From an uncultured Candidatus Rokubacteria bacterium (GTDB taxonomy: Bacteria; Methylomirabilota; Methylomirabilia; Rokubacteriales; CSP1-6), in assembly GCA_963758635.1 (NCBI GenBank), contig CAVWWD010000005.1:640001-704000 (forward strand): a DNA stretch of 64,000 nucleotides, read 5' to 3'. Positions within the stretch are counted from its first letter, which is position 1, and each line of letters begins with the position of its first letter. A program made the translations under genes and the position numbers. The notes below the pieces were generated by a model. The model worked only from the letters and a program-made list of their open reading frames with translations. It was not told where the DNA came from and made no database searches. This document shows, piece by piece, positions 59,265 to 64,000 of the stretch.

Positions 59265-60469
59265 GCTACGACGTCGTCGTGGTCGGCGGCGGCGCCTCCG
59301 GATTGGCCGCCGCCGTGACGGCCGCGCGCGCGGGGGCGCGGACCGCCCTCGTCGAGCGCTACGGGTTTCTCGGGGGCATGGCGACGGCGGGCATGGTGAG
59401 CACGATCTGCGGCCTCTATCTGACCTCGGCCGCGGGACCGCCGGAGCCGCTCAACGCGGGGTTCGCCGACGACTTCGCGCGCCGGCTCGCCGCGATGCCC
59501 GGCTGCGGCGAGCCGCTCCGTCGGGGCCGGACGCACGTCCTGCCGTACACGCCGTTCGCGTTCGCCTGTCTCGCCGACGAGCTCACCGCCTCCGCCCCGG
59601 GGCTCGACGTCTACCTCCACACGTTCCTCACCGGGGTCGAGACCAGCCCGGGCCGCGTCGACGCGGTGCGCGTCGCCACCTGGGAGCGCGTCCTGGAGCT
59701 GGCCGCGCGGGCCGTCGTGGACGCGAGCGGCGACGCCGCCGTGGCGCATCTCGCGGGCGCGGCCACGGCGACGACGCCGCTGGCCGAGCGCCAGCTGCCG
59801 TCACTGGTCTTCGTCCTCCAGCGCGTCGACACCGAGGCGCTCGGGTCGGGGCCGCGCGTGGCGCTCTTGCGCTCTCTGGTGACCGCCGAGCAGGAGGGCC
59901 GCCTGCCGAAGGGCGCGGCGAACCTCGCCCTGGGCCCGTCGCTCCAGCCCGGCGAGATGGTCTGCAAGCTCACCCTGAGCGGCATCACCGATGAGCTGCC
60001 GGCGAGCCGCGACTTCCTGACCGTCGCGGAGCAGGAAGGCCGCAAGCGCGCCCTGGCCGTCACGGAGTTCCTGAAGACCTTGCCCGGGTTCTCGCGGGCG
60101 TTCGTCTCTCACGCGGCGCCGCAGGTGGGCGTGCGCGAGAGCCGGCGCGTGATCGGGCGCTACCAGCTCACGCGCGACGACGTGCTCAGCGGGCGCGCGT
60201 TCGACGATGGCGTCGCCCGGGCGAGCTGGCCCATCGAGCTCTGGGAGGAAGGCCGTCTCGGCGCCACGTACGAGTGGCTCGACGACCGGGCGCACTACGA
60301 TATTCCGCTTCGTTGTCTTCAGGCTCGCGACGTCGAGAACCTCTTCGTCGCCGGCCGCTGCATGAGCGCTACGCACGAAGCGCTGGGCTCGGCGCGTGTG
60401 ATCGGCACGTGCCTGGCGGCCGGGGAGGCCGTCGGTCGGGCCGTCGCGCGCTGCGCGGAGGCTCGATGA
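59246..60469 (+). CDS. FAD-dependent oxidoreductase
   Basis: YDVVVVGGGASG, LGGMAT, VDASGD, GVRESRR, YDIPLRCL, AGRCMSATHEA. Confidence 0.88.
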   Translation: MASGPLSYDVVVVGGGASGLAAAVTAARAGARTALVERYGFLGGMATAGMVSTICGLYLTSAAGPPEPLNAGFADDFARRLAAMPGCGEPLRRGRTHVLPYTPFAFACLADELTASAPGLDVYLHTFLTGVETSPGRVDAVRVATWERVLELAARAVVDASGDAAVAHLAGAATATTPLAERQLPSLVFVLQRVDTEALGSGPRVALLRSLVTAEQEGRLPKGAANLALGPSLQPGEMVCKLTLSGITDELPASRDFLTVAEQEGRKRALAVTEFLKTLPGFSRAFVSHAAPQVGVRESRRVIGRYQLTRDDVLSGRAFDDGVARASWPIELWEEGRLGATYEWLDDRAHYDIPLRCLQARDVENLFVAGRCMSATHEALGSARVIGTCLAAGEAVGRAVARCAEAR

Positions 60470-61926
60470 ACCTCGCCGAGATCCTGTTCACGACGGCGGC
60501 GCGACACTCGCCGCGGCGAGCGATCACCGACGTGCGGTCGGGCCGATCCGTGAGCTACGGCCAGCTCGCCCGCGAAGCCGAGCGGGTCGCCGCGTTCCTC
60601 AAGGCCGAGGGGGTCGAGCCCGGCCAGCGGATCGGGCTCCTGGCCCCGAACGATCTCACCTATCTGCCGGCGGCGTTCGGCTTGCTCGCCGCGGGCGCGT
60701 GCTTCGTCCCGCTCGCCAGCAACCTCACCCCCACGGAGATCGCGGAGATCATCCGCGAGGTGCAGCTGAACGGCTGCTTCTCGTCGCCGAAGGCGGCGCC
60801 GCTGCCGAGCGCGCCCGGCCACGCGGACGTGTCGGCGCGCCGCGCGGTCGTGAAGGGCGGCGAGTGCGACGGCTATGCGTTTCAGTGGATCGATCACGGC
60901 GCCGAGGCCCCGCCGGAGTTCGCCACGCTGAACGCCGCGTTCATCCGCTTCACGTCCGGGACGACCGCCCGGAGCAAGGGCGTCGTGCTGTCCCACGAAG
61001 CGACCGCCGCGCGCGTCGAGGCGTCCGATCGCGTGCTCAAGTTCAGCGAAGAGGATCGCATCCTCTGGGTGCTGCCCCTCGCCTATCACTTCGCCGTCAC
61101 GATCACGGCGTACGTCCGCGCGGGCTCCCACGTCCTGCTGTGCTCCGACACCCTGCCGAAAGCGATCGTGGACGGCGCCCGCCGCCTCCGCGCGAGCGTG
61201 CTGTACGCGGCGCCCCTGCACTTCGAGCGCATGGCCAATCTCGGGCCGAGCGAGCCGCTCTCGAGCATTCGCGTCACCCTCTCCACCGCGGCGCCGATCT
61301 CGACCGCGGTGATGGAGCGCTTCGAGTCCGTCTATGGTGTTCCGGTCGGCCAGGCCTACGGCATCATCGAGGCGGGTCTGCCGTGCATCAACCTGGGCAC
61401 GGAGGGCCTGCCCCCCGCCTCGGTGGGCCGCCCCGTTCCCGGCTACGCCGTCGCGGTCTACTCGGACGAAGGCGCACGCTTGCCCACGGAGACGATCGGC
61501 GAGATCGCGGTGCGGGGCGACGGGCTCTTCTCCGCCTACTACTCGCCGTGGCGTCTTCGCGAGCAGGTCGAGAACGACGGCTGGTTCCTCACCGGCGACC
61601 TCGGCTTCCTGGACGGGTCGGGAGCCCTCCACCTGAAAGGCCGGAAGAAAGCCCTCATCCTCGTCGCCGGGCTGAAGTTCTTTCCCGAGGAAGTCGAGGA
61701 ATGCATCAACCGGTTCCCGGGGATCAAGGAATCTCGTGTGTTCAGCCGGCCGCACGCGCATATGGGTGAGGTTCCCTGCGCGGAGATCGTGATGGAGCCG
61801 GCCGGCTGCGACGTCGACGCCCTGAAGACGCATTGCGCGCGCGAGCTGTCCTCGTACAAGGTGCCGCTCGAGTTCACGGTCGTGGACACCGTCCCGAGAA
61901 CCCCCAGCGGCAAGATCCGCCGATGA
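60466..61926 (+). CDS. Adenylate-forming (AMP-binding) ligase
   Basis: FTSGTTARSKG, AYGIIEAG, TGDLG, PEEVE, PRTPSGKI. Confidence 0.9.
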   Translation: MNLAEILFTTAARHSPRRAITDVRSGRSVSYGQLAREAERVAAFLKAEGVEPGQRIGLLAPNDLTYLPAAFGLLAAGACFVPLASNLTPTEIAEIIREVQLNGCFSSPKAAPLPSAPGHADVSARRAVVKGGECDGYAFQWIDHGAEAPPEFATLNAAFIRFTSGTTARSKGVVLSHEATAARVEASDRVLKFSEEDRILWVLPLAYHFAVTITAYVRAGSHVLLCSDTLPKAIVDGARRLRASVLYAAPLHFERMANLGPSEPLSSIRVTLSTAAPISTAVMERFESVYGVPVGQAYGIIEAGLPCINLGTEGLPPASVGRPVPGYAVAVYSDEGARLPTETIGEIAVRGDGLFSAYYSPWRLREQVENDGWFLTGDLGFLDGSGALHLKGRKKALILVAGLKFFPEEVEECINRFPGIKESRVFSRPHAHMGEVPCAEIVMEPAGCDVDALKTHCARELSSYKVPLEFTVVDTVPRTPSGKIRR

Positions 61927-63203
61927 GGGTCGCGATCGTCGGGGCCGGTCCCTCGGGCGCCGCCCTGGCGCTTCTGCTGGCGCGTGAGGGCGCCAGGGTC
62001 ACCCTCTTCGACGACGGTCGTCGGCCCGAGCTCCTTGTCGGCGAATCGCTCGTGCCGGCGGCGGTCCCGATCCTCCAGCGGCTCGGCATCGAGGAAGACA
62101 CCGCCAGCTTCAGCCGGGTGAAGCCGGGCGTGTCCTTCATCTGGTCGCCGGCCGACCGCTTCAGCTTCTCGTTCGCGCGGTTCGCGCCCGGCGTGTTCCC
62201 GTATGCCTACAACATTCCGCGCCCGAGATTCGACGACGCGATGCTCGCGCGCGCCATCGCGTGCGGTGTCGAGCGCGTCGTGGCTCACGCACGGCTCACG
62301 CCGATGAACGACAACGGGCGCGAGCTCGGGCTCGCCCCCGAGACCCTGGCCGCCGCGCCGTCGCTCGAAGGCCGGCAACCCGACCTCGTCGTCGACGCGA
62401 CCGGACGGGCGCGCCTCGGCGCGCGCGCCCTGAACATCGCCGCCCGGTTCGGACCGCGCAAGGACGTCGCGCACTTCGCCCACTTCGAGAATTTCTCCTG
62501 GGACGATGCACCCGGTCAGGTGCTGATCCGGCGGCTCGAGGCCGGCTGGAGCTGGTGCATCCCCCTGCAAGACCGACTCTCGATCGGGATCGTGCTGGGC
62601 CGGGACGATGCCGCTCGCCTGGGCGCGAGCCCGGCCGAACGGCTCGAGCGGGCGATCGAGGCGGACGCGTGGCTGTCGACGATCGGCGGCGGCAGCAAGC
62701 GCGTGACGTCCGTCGCGACGTACGCCAACTACCAGCTCATCTCGCAGCGAGGCCTCGGCCCCGGCTGGGTGATGGTCGGTGACGCGTTCGGCTTCGTCGA
62801 CCCGATGCTCTCGCCCGGCGTGTTCCTGGCTCTACGCTCGGCCGAGCTCGTGGCGGACGCGCTCGGGCCGTTCGCGAAATCGGCGCGGGCGCCCGCGGCT
62901 GCGGAAATCGAAGCGGCGCTCCGGCCGTACGCCGCCGCGCAGACGGCGATGCTGGCGGCCTGGCTCGATCTGATCGCGACGTTCTACGACGGGCGGATGG
63001 CGGCGCTCTTTCGCGCCGGGCGCGACTGGATGTCGAGCGGCACCACTATCTTCAAGAGCGCGGCCCAGAACCACATCGAGCGCCACATCGCCCTGCAGGC
63101 CTCCGGCGCGGGCACGCTCCGCCCCTACAGCCGAGGCCTTTTGCGCTTCATGGGCCGCTACGGCCGACGCGGCATCGACCCCACCTCCCTCGCGATCCGC
63201 TAG
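61923..63203 (+). CDS. Flavin-dependent halogenase-like protein
   Basis: GAGPSG, VGESL, VKPGVSFIW (catalytic Lys position), DATGR, WSWCIP, GDAFGFVDPMLSPG. Confidence 0.8.
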   Translation: MRVAIVGAGPSGAALALLLAREGARVTLFDDGRRPELLVGESLVPAAVPILQRLGIEEDTASFSRVKPGVSFIWSPADRFSFSFARFAPGVFPYAYNIPRPRFDDAMLARAIACGVERVVAHARLTPMNDNGRELGLAPETLAAAPSLEGRQPDLVVDATGRARLGARALNIAARFGPRKDVAHFAHFENFSWDDAPGQVLIRRLEAGWSWCIPLQDRLSIGIVLGRDDAARLGASPAERLERAIEADAWLSTIGGGSKRVTSVATYANYQLISQRGLGPGWVMVGDAFGFVDPMLSPGVFLALRSAELVADALGPFAKSARAPAAAEIEAALRPYAAAQTAMLAAWLDLIATFYDGRMAALFRAGRDWMSSGTTIFKSAAQNHIERHIALQASGAGTLRPYSRGLLRFMGRYGRRGIDPTSLAIR

Positions 63204-63204
63204 A

Positions 63205-64000
63205 TCACTCCGACGCATCTGGACCCCTACGACACGCGGATTCGGCGATCCCGGGCCCGCCTCGCTCGCTCTCATCGGGCTCGGGCTCGGCCTCCTCGGC
63301 TGGAAGGGTCCAGCTGCGAGGAGGCGCCCGAAGGCACGCGACAGTCGGCGTACATCGGGCTGCCGACGTTGAGCCGCCGGTGCTCTGAGGGCGCCTCCAG
63401 ACGAAGCAGGTCGGGGCCTTCTCGAGACGCGGGACGGCGAGGGCGGCGGCGCAGGCGATGGCGAGCAGCGCCAGGCCGTTCACGCCGAGCGCCGCGCCCA
63501 CGCCGAGCATCGACGCGAGCGCGCCCACCTGGAACTGGCCGAGCGGCGCCATGCCGATGGCGACGACCCAGGCGCCGCCGGCCCGCCCGCGCTGCCCGCT
63601 GGGCACGGCGAGCTGGATGAGCGTCTGGGCGAGGACATCCGTCGTCGCGCCGAGCGCGTTCACCGCCAGCAGGATCAGCGCCACCGTCGTGAACGTCGGC
63701 GCCAGGCCCAGCATGAGGAGCGGTGGCGCCGAAGCCGATCAGCACGGCGAGGAACGCCACGCCGTGGCCGCGCGCCGCGCCCAGCCGGGAAACGACCGCC
63801 ACGCCGATCACGCCGCCCGCCTGACGCGCGCCCGTCAGGACCCCGAGGCCGCCCGGCCCCACGTGGAGCACGTCGCGCGCGAGGCTCGGGAGCACCGCCT
63901 GGTGCGAGAAGCCGAACATCTCCGCGGCGGCGGTGAGCGCCATCAGCGAGGAGAGCGTCGGGTCGCGCCGGACCATCGCGAGGAAGCCGACCACGCCGGC
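63205..64000 (-). CDS. MFS transporter, 3' part (frameshift ~63716; true stop unclear; runs off the window)
   Basis: LPSLARDVLHVGPGGLG, QTLIQLAVPSGQRGR, GMAPLG. Confidence 0.8.
63234..63323 (+). repeat. Right, degenerate copy of the PEP-CTERM coding tail
   Basis: Matches 57432-57533 with a 9-bp deletion, three 1-bp deletions and a few substitutions. Confidence 0.88.

Noticed and set aside
57635..60469. 944-aa condensation-oxidoreductase fusion
   Set aside because: Artefact of the ~58865 frameshift; the oxidoreductase has its own ATG at 59246.

Overview
Very GC-rich bacterial DNA. The gene style resembles Candidatus Rokubacteria/Methylomirabilota, but that assignment is inference only. The window holds about 60 mostly metabolic genes and no rRNA, tRNA, CRISPR array or intact transposase. 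About ten genes carry single-base frameshifts, probably long-read consensus errors. Highlights: (1) At 56.3-63.3 kb, a PEP-CTERM-type surface-protein gene with a candidate sigma54 promoter is followed by a translationally coupled five-gene cassette: carrier protein, HxxxD condensation/acyltransferase-like protein, FAD oxidoreductase, adenylate-forming ligase and a flavin-dependent halogenase with its signature motifs. The cassette is bracketed by a ~90-bp direct repeat of the sorting-signal coding sequence. (2) A hidden DsbA-like lipoprotein with an in-frame UGA (UxxC) and a SECIS-like hairpin, i.e. a probable selenoprotein that the ORF track truncates. (3) A collapsed relic of an NRPS-like adenylation-carrier gene at 34.4-34.9 kb. 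(4) Five families of small intergenic repeats (MITE/REP-like). (5) Many apparently leaderless genes, with two palindromic bidirectional -10 boxes. (6) A circularly permuted ATP-grasp/alpha-E/transglutaminase operon.
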